DNA of 43,794 bases from Leidyana gryllorum EB-2025a (Eukaryota > Protista > Apicomplexa): the NCBI GenBank assembly GCA_048772705.1, contig JBLWGC010000027.1, positions 1-43,794 of the forward strand. Direction: 5' to 3'. The notes below the pieces were generated by a model. The model saw nothing but the letters and a program-made list of their open reading frames with translations. It had not been told where the DNA came from and did no database searches. A program made the position numbers and the translations under genes. The stretch's first letter is position 1, and each line of letters opens with the position of its first letter. This document shows positions 18,146-28,410 of this stretch, piece by piece.

Positions 18146-18229
18146 TGCACAAAATGGGGTTCGAACCCATGCAGACTTGCGCCTACCAGAACTTGAGTCT
18201 GGCCCCTTAGACCACTCGGGCATCTGTGC
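18146..18229 (-). tRNA. trnL: tRNA-Leu(CAA)
   Basis: Matches 6728-6811. Confidence 0.9.
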
Positions 18230-18470
18230 GTTACTTTCTTTCTGAGTCCCAGAGTGTTAATGGCTTCCGTTGCGGCGTCGACGTCGTTCTGGGTGCAGTG
18301 TACCGCCCCGGAGTACTCTTACGGCCCGAGTTGCTTAGATGGCAACGCATGTGATTGTAGTGGTGGCATCAAATATTCGACGAGCAAATTCCGTCCGCCG
18401 GGAGTTGAGGAGTGAACTTCATTCCATCCTGATCGATGCTTCGCTACCTCTACAGCCTCGCTCAAAGATT

Positions 18471-18542
18471 GTCCGAGTCGTCTAGTGGTTAGGACAGCAC
18501 GTTGTGGCCGTGCAAACCTAGGCTCGATTCCTGGCTCGGACA
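18471..18542 (+). tRNA. trnH: tRNA-His(GTG)
   Basis: Matches 7053-7124. Confidence 0.85.
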
Positions 18543-18615
18543 AGCAGTCTAAAGTGCATTGCTCTTCGCCCCGGTTGAAAATAGCTGCAGCCATGGTCAA
18601 GTCTGTACCATCGGC

Positions 18616-18686
18616 TGCACCTGCCGGGACTCGAACCCGGGCTGCGAGCATGGGAAGCTCGCATCCTACCCTTGGACCACAAGTGC
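18616..18686 (-). tRNA. trnG: tRNA-Gly(CCC)
   Basis: Fully paired cloverleaf, TTCCCAT loop. Confidence 0.9.
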
Positions 18687-18884
18687 ACTCGAGAAAGAGC
18701 TTCAGAACCCCGAGACTCGGCCGCAGTCTGCGTTGAGCTAGTGGGTGCCTCAGGTACTGGCAGGTTCCAGTCTGCGACTTTGTGGCTAAGAGGCTTACCC
18801 TCTGGTGGCTGAACTACGAGGCTCGGCTAAGATGATTGGAGCTTGAGAGACTTCAGCTTTGCAGGTGCCCAGTCGATGCAGTCG

Positions 18885-18957
18885 AGCCTTCTGCCGGAAA
18901 CGAACCGGCGACCTTTCGCTTACTAAGCGAATGCTCAGCCCCCTAAGCTAAGAAGGC
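18885..18957 (-). tRNA. trnT: tRNA-Thr(AGT), variant
   Basis: TTCGC-TTAGTAA-GCGAA. Confidence 0.78.
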
Positions 18958-19033
18958 AATGCAAGCCGAAGATCACGAGTCAGTCACTATTGACGGAGGT
19001 TACTGGAGCACTTTGCTCGAATAGTCCAATGAC

Positions 19034-19105
19034 TTCCACTGTCGGACTTGAACCCGGATCGTGCGGGTGAAAGCCGCATATCCTAGCCACTTAGACTACA
19101 GTGGA
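19034..19105 (-). tRNA. trnE: tRNA-Glu(TTC), 1-nt deletion in T-stem
   Basis: TGCGG-CTTTCAC-CCGCA. Confidence 0.75.
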
Positions 19106-19504
19106 CAACGTCCTCAGCTGCAGCTTTGGACGAGAGATAGAGCGTCGGGTCAACCGACAACCAACGGGGCTGCTCTGGGAATCAAACCCAGGACTTCTTC
19201 TACCCTAAGGAAGGATCATACCACCAGACCAAACAGCCGCCTAGCCGGTGGTTCAACCCGCTGGGTATAGTCGAGAGACTGGTCTCACTATGTGAAGTAT
19301 CACTCAGTGCCATGAGGTAGGCACAGAGGGAGGCTGGCCCAGATGATGAAACGGTGGCTTAGTATGCGAAAGGTTCTGGGATCGATTCCCAACCTTTCCG
19401 AACTACAATAGATGGAACCCTCGCCGGAGTTGTCTAGTTGGCCTATCAACGCTGTCTCCCAAAATCGTCAGGTTGAGTAGTAGTTTTCAAACCATCTCTC
19501 TACT

Positions 19505-19584
19505 TCCGGTGGGACGGAATCGAACCGCCGACTATCTGATGCCAGTACTACAGTCAGATGCTCTACCAACTGAGCTACCCCCGG
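19505..19584 (-). tRNA. trnY: tRNA-Tyr(GTA) with 7-nt intron
   Basis: C1:G72/A73; TCTGA-CTGTAG[TACTGGC]A-TCAGA. Confidence 0.9.
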
Positions 19585-19952
19585 CCGGCCAACGGCGTCG
19601 AGGTTCGCAAGCTCAACCTCAAACCCTCGACGGTGACAATTTAAGCTCTCAACTGGGCCACAGATTTCGGGGTCGTCCGAGGTGCCAGACTCAAGTTCTG
19701 GTAAGACTAGACGATCTGGGATATCGATCCTAGTAGCTGGTTGCATCCAATGGCTCAGCGCTCAGTATTTCCGCCTATTACGCGGAAGACCAGGGTGGAT
19801 TCCCGGTATCGGAGCAGTTCCAGCCCCTCACAACTGCTGCAACTCAGATTTTGTCTCAGCTGGTCTGGACTTCATCCGGGATTATACGAGTGGGAGCCGC
19901 GTATGGTAGCCGACCTTGGAGAGACGTGGCATTCAGTCAACAACTATCAGAC

Positions 19953-20024
19953 GGGCTCTTCTGGCAATCGAACACGGGCCTTCTTCCACCCGAAAGAAGA
20001 ATCATACCACTAGACCAAACAGCC
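19953..20024 (-). pseudogene. trnP: tRNA-Pro(CGG), degenerate
   Basis: TTCGGGT loop; T-stem damaged. Confidence 0.7.
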
Positions 20025-20088
20025 GCCTGTCGGTCGTGCAAACCGCTGAGGACACTTGAGATAGTGACACCAAATGTCACAAGGTCTC

Positions 20089-20161
20089 TGCCCCGGCCGT
20101 GGATCGAACACGAGACTTCCAGATCTTCAGTCTGGCGCTCTCCCAACTGAGCTACCGAGGC
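20089..20161 (-). tRNA. trnF: tRNA-Phe(GAA)
   Basis: CTGAAGA loop; paired stems. Confidence 0.88.
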
Positions 20162-20435
20162 GGTAGGTAGTCACGGAAGGCGATGAAAATAAGCACTTAC
20201 CGCGGGGTATGTGGGGCCACTCCTCGCCGCATGGCGAAATCGACAGTAGCCAACTTGCCCGAGTGGGGAAGGGGGGTAGACTGGAATTCATGCGTAAGTT
20301 GGTGTCTGACCCCTCCAATCACATCGCACGACAACTGCTGGATCTGCACCATCGCGGCGCAGGCCCAGTTGAATTCTGTGGTGGAAATGATGCTATTCCC
20401 AGCATCAAACCCTCATATGGATCGAGACAGGGAGT

Positions 20436-20507
20436 GCCTTTTTAGCTTAGGGGCAGAGCATTCGCTTAGTAAGCGATGGGTCGCCGGTTCGATTTCGGCA
20501 GAAGGCT
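20436..20507 (+). tRNA. trnT: tRNA-Thr(AGT)
   Basis: TTAGTAA loop. Confidence 0.8.
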
Positions 20508-20556
20508 TTGCTCACGACCCAATCAATTCTATAACTGTTTCCCTCCTGCGCACACT

Positions 20557-20628
20557 TAGCAGTGCGTAGTTTCGATCGACGACCCTTAGGGTTATGAGCC
20601 CAACACTCTTCCACTGAGCTACACTGCT
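20557..20628 (-). tRNA. trnM: Initiator tRNA-Met(CAT), variant
   Basis: A1:U72; GGGCTCATAACCC; GATCGAAAC. Confidence 0.8.
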
Positions 20629-20756
20629 CAGTCTGCAACAAGGAAGAGGGAGCCGAAATGCGATTGTTAATGGCCTTGAGTGCCGAAGTGGGCTAACGAG
20701 GTGGCTGTGTTGGTTGTGAGGGCAACTTGTCCCGTCGGGTTAACCGACGACCAAGA

Positions 20757-20828
20757 GGGCTGTTCTGGGAATCGAACCCAGGACTCCTTCCACCCTAAGG
20801 AAGGATCATACCACTAGACCAAACAGCC
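20757..20828 (-). tRNA. trnP: tRNA-Pro(AGG)
   Basis: Fully paired cloverleaf. Confidence 0.92.
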
Positions 20829-21031
20829 GACTGGTCGGTGGTGCAAATTGCTGGTAGAGTCGGGAGACTGGTCATAATATGTCAGCGGCTAGCTCAAATG
20901 ATATAGCACTCGCTTAAGATGCGAGAGATACTGGGATCAATGCCCAGGTCGTCCAAACTTCTAACGGCTGCACCTGCGGTATTTGAAAACAGAGTCACGA
21001 CCGAATGGAGTTGATGCCCGATCACATAACA

Positions 21032-21113
21032 CGACAACTGCTGCATTCGAACCAGCGCGGGTCAGACCCAGTAGATTTCAAGTCTACCCCCTTAACCACT
21101 CAGGCAAGTTGCC
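21032..21113 (-). tRNA. trnS: tRNA-Ser(TGA), variant
   Basis: GTAGA-CTTGAAA-TCTAC. Confidence 0.78.
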
Positions 21114-21331
21114 AACTGTCGAATTCGACATGCCCCGAGGAGTGACCAAATACCAACATGTTCAACCTGTCCTGCGCCATTGATAGGTGTCTAAACTGAC
21201 CTCTCGCGTGCAAAGTTACCGCTCTACCACTTGAGATAGCCGCCCACCCGCCAAACCTAGGTGAACTTCCCACCTGAGATCGACTCACAGTTTTCTGGCG
21301 CCTCATTCGTCAGTGCAACTGTTGTGACTCG

Positions 21332-21404
21332 TCCACTGTAGTCTAAGTGGCTAGGATATGCGGCTCTCACCCGCACGATCCGGGTTCAAGTCCCGCCAGT
21401 GGAA
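21332..21404 (+). tRNA. trnE: tRNA-Glu(CTC)
   Basis: TGCGG-CTCTCAC-CCGCA. Confidence 0.85.
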
Positions 21405-21475
21405 GCTACTCTAGCAAAGTGCTCCAGTAATCCCCGTCAATAGTGACTGATTCTTGATCATCTTCGGCCTGCATT

Positions 21476-21547
21476 GCCTTCTTAGCTTAGGGGCAGAGCA
21501 TTCGCTCAGTAAGCGGAAGGTCGCCGGTTCGTTTCCGGCAGAAGGCT
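21476..21547 (+). tRNA. trnT: tRNA-Thr(AGT), variant
   Basis: TCAGTAA loop (U33C). Confidence 0.72.
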
Positions 21548-21639
21548 CGACTGCATCGACTGGGCACCTGCAAGCGGTAAGTCTCTTAGCCACGAAGCCG
21601 CAGGTTTGGAACCTGCCAGTACCTGAGGCACCCACAGGG

Positions 21640-21711
21640 GGCTGTTTGGTCTAGTGGTATGATTCTTCCTTCGGGTGGAAGAAGTCCTGGGTTCGACTCC
21701 CAGAACAGCCC
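21640..21711 (+). tRNA. trnP: tRNA-Pro(CGG)
   Basis: CTTCC-TTCGGGT-GGAAG; intact. Confidence 0.92.
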
Positions 21712-21825
21712 GTCTGATAGTTGTTGACGCAACACGGCACTCGCCCCATCCCGAGACAATGTCCCTGACAGCTAAGACAGGATCTGAGTTGTTGACTCAA
21801 CAGGCTACAACCCGACCATTCACCC

Positions 21826-21898
21826 AGACCCTACTGGGACTCGAACCCAGAATCCCCGGTTCCGTAGACCGATGCCATATCCATTAGGCCATAGCGCC
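21826..21898 (-). tRNA. trnR: tRNA-Arg(ACG)
   Basis: TCGGT-CTACGGA-ACCGG. Confidence 0.85.
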
Positions 21899-22352
21899 GA
21901 CTAACGGAGCCGTCAAATGGAAGTGTGTAGCGATCCAGAGAGGACATGGGCAGCTACGCCCGATCGTGGGTTTGGACAGGCTTCACCTACATCTCCCATT
22001 CGAGACATCGGTGGACATACTATCCAAGCCAGGATTCGTGCCTGGGTATGCACGGCCACAACTTGCTGTTGTAAGCACTAGACGACCCGGACGATCTTCA
22101 AGTATGTCGGCGTGATCAAGTGAGTGGATCTCTGATACAGATTCGGACTTAGTAACCAATTCCATTTGTATTGATCGTGGAATCATGGGCCTTCCTCGGG
22201 TACGGGGCGAGCTTCCTGGCCGCCCCAACTCCGTCAGTAGAGCGCAAGACTTTTGAAGGGAGATCCGCGGGTTTGGGCGGCGCGAGCAGTCCTAGTAAAG
22301 CTCGCTGAACCGTATGTGAAGCCACTGGCCGCAAAATGCCAAGTTCGACAGC

Positions 22353-22434
22353 GGCAACTTGCCCGAGTGGTTAAGGGGGTAGACTAGAAATCTACTGGGC
22401 CTGGCCCGCGCTGGTTCAAATCCAGCAGTTGTCG
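22353..22434 (+). tRNA. trnS: tRNA-Ser(AGA)
   Basis: Fully paired, long variable arm. Confidence 0.93.
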
Positions 22435-22498
22435 TGCGATGTGGTGGAAATGATGCAATTCCCAGCATCAAGAACTCATATGGGTCGGGACAGGGAAT

Positions 22499-22570
22499 GC
22501 CTCCTTAGCTTAGGGGCAGAGCATTCGCTTTGTAAGCGAAAGGTCGCTGGTTCGATTCCGACAGGAGGCT
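22499..22570 (+). tRNA. trnT: tRNA-Thr(TGT)
   Basis: TTCGC-TTTGTAA-GCGAA. Confidence 0.85.
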
Positions 22571-22586
22571 TCAGTCATCAGCCTAA

Positions 22587-22960
22587 ACATGGTTGCGATC
22601 GGGCGCAACTCCATTCGGTCGTGACTCTGTTTTCAGATACCGGAGGTGCAGCCGGTAGAAGTTTGGACGACCTGGGCATCGATGCCAGCATCTCTCGCAT
22701 GCTACGCGAGTGCTGCATAATTTGAGCTAGTCGCCGGCTGTGCACATAGCATTTAGTGGTTGTTGACATGTTGTGATCGGGCGCAACTCCATTGGGTCGT
22801 GACTCTGTTTTCAGATACCGGAGGTGCAGCCGGTAGAACTTTGGACGACCTGGGCATCGATCCCAGCATCTCTCGCATGTTATGCGAGTGCTGCATAATT
22901 TGAGCTAGTCGCCGGCTGTGCACACCCCATAGCATTTAGTGGTTCTTGACATGTTGTGAC
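22587..22960. repeat. Tandem duplication (~180-bp unit) carrying a decayed tRNA-Ala
   Basis: Units start ACATG..GATCGGGCGCAACTCC near 22587 and 22766. Confidence 0.85.
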
Positions 22961-23261
22961 CAGTCTCCCGACTCTACCAGCAATTTGCACCACCGATCAG
23001 TCGGCTGTTTGGTCCAGTGGTATGATCCTTCCTTGGGGTGAAAGAGTGCTGGGTTCGATTCCCAGAACAGCCCTCTTGGTCGTCGGTTGACCCGACGGGA
23101 CAAGTTGCCCTCAGAGCCAACACAGCCACCTCGTTAGCCCACCTCGGTAGGGCAGTCAGGGCAACTAACATCTAGAGAATCGCATTTCGGCTAAGTCTGC
23201 GACCTTGGAAAGGGGTTCCAAGAGCACAAGTGCCGTCTAGAGAGTACGGTGCCGCATAACC

Positions 23262-23334
23262 CCGTCCTGGCAGGTTTCGAACCTGCGACTTTGTGGTTAA
23301 CAGCCACACGCTCTGCCGACTGAGCTACAAGACC
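23262..23334 (-). tRNA. trnN: tRNA-Asn(GTT)
   Basis: CTGTTAA loop; GGTTCGAAACC. Confidence 0.85.
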
Positions 23335-23538
23335 CAATTACAATGTTCTTCCACCCGAGGAAGAATTATACCACCAGACCAGACAGCCGCCTGTTCAGCC
23401 TGCCCCCCTACGGCACAGTGGTTAGCTGTGGAGATTTTGAATCTCCCGACCTGGATTCGATTCCCCACACGACCTCGCAACTAGTCCTCATACTTCTTGA
23501 AATTTCGCAACTCCTCTTGGTCTGGGGAAAGCTTTCGT

Positions 23539-23611
23539 GCACCCATGGTGTAGTGGTTACGACGTCTGCTTAGCACGCAGAAGGTCCCGAGTTCGATCCT
23601 CGGTGGCTGTA
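23539..23611 (+). tRNA. Val-type tRNA body with AGC anticodon (AAC>AGC)
   Basis: TCTGC-TTAGCAC-GCAGA; C4:C69 mismatch. Confidence 0.65.
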
Positions 23612-23665
23612 GCTCGCAACTTTCAGCAAGCACCAAAAAGACAATCTCAAGCGAAACCAACTGTG

Positions 23666-23737
23666 CTCCGAGACCGGGAATCGAACGCGGATCTTCCGCG
23701 TGACAGGCGGAAATACTTACAACTATACTATCTCGGA
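23666..23737 (-). tRNA. trnD: tRNA-Asp(GTC), variant
   Basis: CTGTCAC loop. Confidence 0.78.
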
Positions 23738-23871
23738 CGCACTGAACACGCCGGCCTCCAACCCCAAGAGCCCTTCCATTTTGTTGTGCAGACCCCCTCG
23801 CATTTTGTTGATTCTCAACATAGTATGACCACTCTCGCGACTGTGCTCACCGCGTTGCACGACCGACAGGC

Positions 23872-23943
23872 GGCTGTTTGGTCTAGTGGTATGATTCTTC
23901 CTTCGAGTGGAAGAAGTCCTGGGTTCGATTCCCAGAACAGCCC
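23872..23943 (+). tRNA. Pro-type tRNA body with CGA anticodon (CGG>CGA)
   Basis: CTTCC-TTCGAGT-GGAAG; rest of the cloverleaf intact. Confidence 0.75.
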
Positions 23944-24024
23944 CGTTGGTTGTCGGTTGACCCGACGCTCCACCTCAGATCAAGAGGGTACGGCTCTCGG
24001 CTAAAGCTGCAGCTGAGGGAGTTG

Positions 24025-24097
24025 TCCACTGTAGTCTAAGTGGCTAGGATATGCGGCTCTCACCCGCACGATCCGGGTTCAAGGCCCGGCAGTGGAA
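24025..24097 (+). tRNA. trnE: tRNA-Glu(CTC)
   Basis: CTCTCAC loop; paired stems. Confidence 0.88.
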
Positions 24098-24153
24098 ATA
24101 TTGCTGAATGTGCTTGTAGGCAACAGTTCCTTACTTCCAGGGAAAAAGATCCA

Positions 24154-24226
24154 CACCGCCCGCGGGGCTCGAACCCGCGACTGCAAGATTAAGAGTCTTG
24201 CGCTCTACCGACTGAGCTAGGGCGGC
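24154..24226 (-). tRNA. trnK: tRNA-Lys(CTT)
   Basis: Matches 15866-15938; T5 just downstream. Confidence 0.93.
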
Positions 24227-24496
24227 AGGCAACCAAGGACACAAAACTCGATAGCCTGACATCTAAAGTGGCTTTGGTACCCACCAGCCTCACTTGAAGA
24301 TTGTCCGAGTCGTCTAGTGCTTACAACAGCAAGTTGTGGCCGTGCATACCCAGGCACGAATTCTGGCTTGGATAGTATGTCCACCGATGTCTCGAATGGG
24401 AGATGTAGGTGAAGCCTGTCCAAACCCATGATCGGGCGTAGCTGCCCATGTCCTCTCTGGATCGCTACACACTTCCATTTGACGGCTCCGTTAGTC

Positions 24497-24569
24497 GGCG
24501 CTATGGCCTAGTGGATATGGCATCGGTCTACGGAACCGGGGATTCTGGGTTCGAGTCCCAGTAGCGTCT
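24497..24569 (+). tRNA. trnR: tRNA-Arg(ACG)
   Basis: GGCGCTA/TAGCGTC acceptor; CTACGGA loop. Confidence 0.9.
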
Positions 24570-24683
24570 GGGTGAATGGTCGGGTTGTAGCCTGCTGAGT
24601 CAACAACTCAGATCCTGTCTTAGCTGTCAGGGACATTGTCTCGGGATGGGGCGAGTGCCGTGTTGCGTCAACAACTATCAGAC

Positions 24684-24755
24684 GGGCTGTTCTGGGAGTC
24701 GAACCCAGGACTTCTTCCATCCGAAGGAAGAATCATACCACTAGACCAAACAGCC
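24684..24755 (-). tRNA. trnP: tRNA-Pro(CGG), G37A variant
   Basis: TTCGGAT loop. Confidence 0.85.
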
Positions 24756-24847
24756 CCCTGTGGGTGCCTCAGGTACTGGCAGGTTCCAAACCTGCGGCTT
24801 CGTGGCTAAGAGACTTACCGCTTGCAGGTGCCCAGTCGATGCAGTCG

Positions 24848-24919
24848 AGCCTTCTGGCGGAAACGAACCGGCGACCTTCCCCTTACTGAGCGAATGCTCT
24901 GCCCCTAAGCTAAGAAGGC
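24848..24919 (-). pseudogene. trnT: tRNA-Thr(AGT), degenerate
   Basis: Inverted paralog of 21476-21547. Confidence 0.7.
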
Positions 24920-25046
24920 AATGTTAGCTGGAGATCACGCATCAGTCCCTATTGACTGAAGTTACTGGAGCACATTGCACCGGTTCAATGACTTCCACTG
25001 CTCCACCCAACGGCAAATAGGGTGTAACTAAGCTTAGAGCTTCCTT

Positions 25047-25119
25047 GCCGCCCTAGCTCAGTTGGTAGAGCGCAAGACTTTTAATCTTGCAGTCGCGGGT
25101 TTGAGCCCCGCGGGCGGTG
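25047..25119 (+). tRNA. trnK: tRNA-Lys(TTT), C56T variant
   Basis: CAAGA-CTTTTAA-TCTTG. Confidence 0.8.
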
Positions 25120-25300
25120 CGAGGCAAGCTTGTTAGCCGTATGAGGAGCCACTGCCGCGCGTGTCGAGTTGAAATGCTAGTGGTATGATGTTCCTTCGCG
25201 GAGAAGTGCTCGATTCAACTCCCAAAAAGTCCGTTTTGGAGTAGGTTGCAGACAGCTCAACCGCTCGAGTCTCTCTGGCTGCTGCAGCTCTTCCGCAATT

Positions 25301-25371
25301 GCACTTGTGGTCTGAGGGTAAGATGCGACCCTTCCAAGGTCGTGACCCGGGTTAGAGTCCCGGCAGGTGCA
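25301..25371 (+). tRNA. trnG: tRNA-Gly(TCC), T-loop variant
   Basis: CTTCCAA loop; GGTTAGA. Confidence 0.72.
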
Positions 25372-25828
25372 GCATATGTAGGTCGAACGACCTGTCTATC
25401 AGTGAAGTGAGGGGACTGAGTCCAATACAATACTTGACAAGCGCCGGATTCCAACCAACGCCTTTTCGGACTGCGGCATGCACACAGTGCCTTCAGACCA
25501 CTCGCCCATGTTGCCAGCTCGGTGAATTGCCGCCAACCAAGCGTTTCCTCTCTGTGGAAGCAGATCCGGGTGCTCCGAGGTGCCAGACTCGAGTTCCGGT
25601 GAGATTGACGACCTGGCTACCGACCATCCAGCGGCTGGCCGAGTGCCGATACAACGGCTGACTAGGGTGGGATTCAAACCCACGGCCTTCCGAACTGCGG
25701 CCTGAACACAGCGCCCTAGACCACTCGGCTATCTTGCCGCACCGTTGTTGGCTCGTCGCTCCACGCTTTTTTGTCCTTGAGCCAAAATAGCAAGACTTCT
25801 GGGGTTGGAGGCCGGCGTGTTCAGGGCG

Positions 25829-25900
25829 TCCGAGATAGTATAGTGGTTAGTATTTCCGCCTGTCACGCGGAAGACCCGGGTTCGATTCCCGGTCTCGGAG
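25829..25900 (+). tRNA. trnD: tRNA-Asp(GTC)
   Basis: Fully paired cloverleaf. Confidence 0.93.
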
Positions 25901-25952
25901 ATAGATCGTCTTCCGCTCTAGATTTCGTGATGCTCACCTGAACGATGCGTGT

Positions 25953-26307
25953 TACAGCCACCGATGATCGAACTCGGGACCTTCTGCGTGGTAAGCAGAC
26001 GTCGTAACCACTAGACCGTGTGTAACCTGTGCACATCGATAATCGGCTAAATATGTGCACAGAGATAATTAGAGCTCAGACACAATCCAGCTTAGACAGT
26101 ATAGATTTATGTGTATATGTGGCGTGGTATATTTTACGTGAATTATTGGGGCAAATGCTCGAATGCAACAGACATTCTACTAAGTGGTTTAGTGGCTAGT
26201 GACTCGCCCCATCGACGAGTGTGATAACATACTATGGAGTTACGCAGTCAGACAGAGTTGAAGAAATCCCAGCAGATGACGGAGCCCAATTCTCACACCG
26301 TGGCTGC
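25953..26307 (-). pseudogene. Val-type tRNA (ACC anticodon) interrupted by a solo LTR
   Basis: Halves at 25953-26020 and 26298-26307; uninterrupted paralog at 37319-37391. Confidence 0.85.
26021..26297. mobile_element. Solo LTR (277 bp, TGT...ACA) with 5-bp target-site duplication CCGTG
   Basis: CCGTG at 26016-26020 and 26298-26302; empty site in paralog near 37325. Confidence 0.88.
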
Positions 26308-26371
26308 ATGAATGGTCCTCGCAGCCCAAGAGAAGTGGCGAAGTTTCAGGGAGTAGTGAGGACCAGTTCCA

Positions 26372-26443
26372 AGGTCGCGCCGGGAATCGAACCCAGGTCG
26401 GGAGATTCAGAGTCTCCAGTGCTAACCACTACACCACGCAACC
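26372..26443 (-). tRNA. trnQ: tRNA-Gln(CTG)
   Basis: GGAGA-CTCTGAA-TCTCC; intact. Confidence 0.93.
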
Positions 26444-26646
26444 GGTTCAGCCCACCCAAAAGAGTCGGTAGAATCATCCGGACTAGCGCTTCCTCAACTG
26501 GACACACGCAACACGGGTCTCTCTACTGACCTCTGAAATATTTTAAGTGGCTCCTGTATAAAGCGCCCAGCGTAGGCGTTGGATTTGGGTGGGACAGAAA
26601 GCTCACTTAAATCCTCGAAGCAGTTGCGCTTTTTCTCAAATGCAAC

Positions 26647-26728
26647 CGACAAGGGTGAGATTCGAACTCACACGGGTGAAACCCAACGGCTTAGCAGGCC
26701 GCCGCCTTAACCACTCGGCCACCTTGTC
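26647..26728 (-). tRNA. trnS: tRNA-Ser(GCT)
   Basis: GCGGC-CTGCTAA-GCCGT; intact. Confidence 0.93.
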
Positions 26729-27211
26729 GAGAGCGGAACGGGCTACACCTTCCATCGGGAATCCCGTGCGAATTGGTAGTGATGTAGGTACACCCCCTTC
26801 TCGATGTCAGTATTTGCCTTTGGAATGACTGCTTGACGGGATGGAGGAAGGTCGGAGTGGCCGGTTCAGTACCAATCATAAGGCTTTGTTGAACACATCA
26901 GTCGGCTCCTTCGGCTAGTGACTGTTCACCTCAACTCTGAAGCGGTCGCTTATTTCAGGCGGTCAGAGCGTGAGCCTAATAACTTCTGAGTCCGCGGTTG
27001 GAGCCCGGGCGTGGCCTCGACCCGAGGAAGCCCCAATATTCCACGACCAATACGGATGAAATCCGTTATTAAGTCCGAGCTTCCTTGCCATCCAGCTCAG
27101 TCGGTAGAGCGCCAGCCTTTTGAAGCGCGTTCGGGTCGCCCGAGAAGTCCTAGTCAAGCTTGCTGAAACGTATTTGAAGCCACTGGCCGCAAAATGCCAA
27201 GTCCCACAGGT

Positions 27212-27293
27212 GGCAACTTGCCCGAGTGGTTAAGGGGGTAGACTCGAAATCTACTGGGCCTGGCCCGCGCTGGTTCAAATCCAACAGTTGTCG
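27212..27293 (+). tRNA. trnS: tRNA-Ser(CGA)
   Basis: CTCGAAA loop. Confidence 0.88.
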
Positions 27294-27366
27294 TGCGATG
27301 TGATTGAAGGTCAGACACTAAATGAGGCGTGAAACATTGGCAATGTCAACCATGGATTATCTCCTC

Positions 27367-27437
27367 TGCATCTGCCGGGAATCGAACCCGGGTCGTCTCG
27401 ATGGGAACGAGACATTCTTCCACTAGACCACAGGTGC
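27367..27437 (-). tRNA. trnG: tRNA-Gly(CCC) on the Gly(GCC) scaffold
   Basis: TCTCG-TTCCCAT-CGAGA. Confidence 0.78.
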
Positions 27438-27533
27438 GTAACACCTTGTTGTTAGAGCTCGTACACAATAACGGCCGTTTTGCTGCGAATGAGAAGACAG
27501 GGGCAAGTTGAGCGAGTATAAGAAGCGCCTCGT

Positions 27534-27605
27534 GGGTACCTAACTCAGTAGTAGAGCAGCTGACTACAGACCAGCAAGTTCGTGGTTCAACTCCGCGCGT
27601 GCCCG
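27534..27605 (+). pseudogene. trnC: tRNA-Cys, degenerate (GCA>ACA)
   Basis: Paralog of 38572-38643. Confidence 0.7.
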
Positions 27606-27685
27606 AAGTTGGGCTGGAACGTTCGGAGGTGTTAAACCAGCATTCCTGACCACAAGGCAATGAGTCTGGAGCGGGGGATGGTTTT

Positions 27686-27757
27686 GGGCCTATGGCGCAA
27701 CGGTAGCGCGTCTGACTCCAGATCAGAAGGTTGGGTGTTCGAATCACTCTGGGCTCA
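27686..27757 (+). tRNA. trnW: tRNA-Trp(CCA)
   Basis: TCTGA-CTCCAGA-TCAGA; T5 downstream. Confidence 0.92.
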
Positions 27758-27897
27758 ATCAGATTCTATGTTTTTCCCCTTTAGGGCGCAACCTGACAAA
27801 AGTGGGATGCGAGTGCTACAGCTGTCCGCCAGTGTCTGATTGGCGCTGGTGTTCAACGGCGTAGAATTCTGGTAAGTCAGCCATGTGCTATGTCCTC

Positions 27898-27968
27898 TGC
27901 ATCTGCCGGGAATCGAACCCGGGTCGTCTCGATGGCAACGAGACATTCTACCACTAGACCACAGATGC
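27898..27968 (-). tRNA. trnG: tRNA-Gly(GCC)
   Basis: Fully paired cloverleaf. Confidence 0.93.
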
Positions 27969-28111
27969 ATGACTCGTGGTTGTTCAAGCTCGTGCACAAT
28001 AATAGCCGTTTTGCTTCCAATGTTAGCCGGGTGCTACGTGCACGGCGGGCAGTCCCGCGCATCGTGCGGGCATGCTGGGATGCAGTCGCAGGTTGTCCTA
28101 ACTACAACGGC

Positions 28112-28191
28112 TGACAAGAGTGGGATTCGAACCCGCGCCCTTTCGGACTGCGGCCTGAACACAGCGTTTTAGACCACTAGGCCATCTTGCC
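28112..28191 (-). tRNA. trnL: tRNA-Leu(CAG), D-arm variant
   Basis: TTCAGGC loop. Confidence 0.75.
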
Positions 28192-28285
28192 GGAATGTTG
28201 TTGGCTCGCCCTTCCACGTGTTTCCTGTACTTGGAATCTCAAAATGGAAGGACTTTTGGGGTTGGAGGCCGGCATGTCCAGAGCG

Positions 28286-28357
28286 TCCGAGATAGTATAG
28301 TTGTAAGTATTTCCGCCTGTCACGCGGAAGATCCGCGTTCGATTCCCGGTCTCGGAG
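28286..28357 (+). tRNA. trnD: tRNA-Asp(GTC), variant
   Basis: Same variant as 23666-23737. Confidence 0.78.
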
Positions 28358-28410
28358 ACACTTCGTTCTTCCGCTTTAGATTTCGTGGTGCTCACCCGAC
28401 AAACGCGAGT

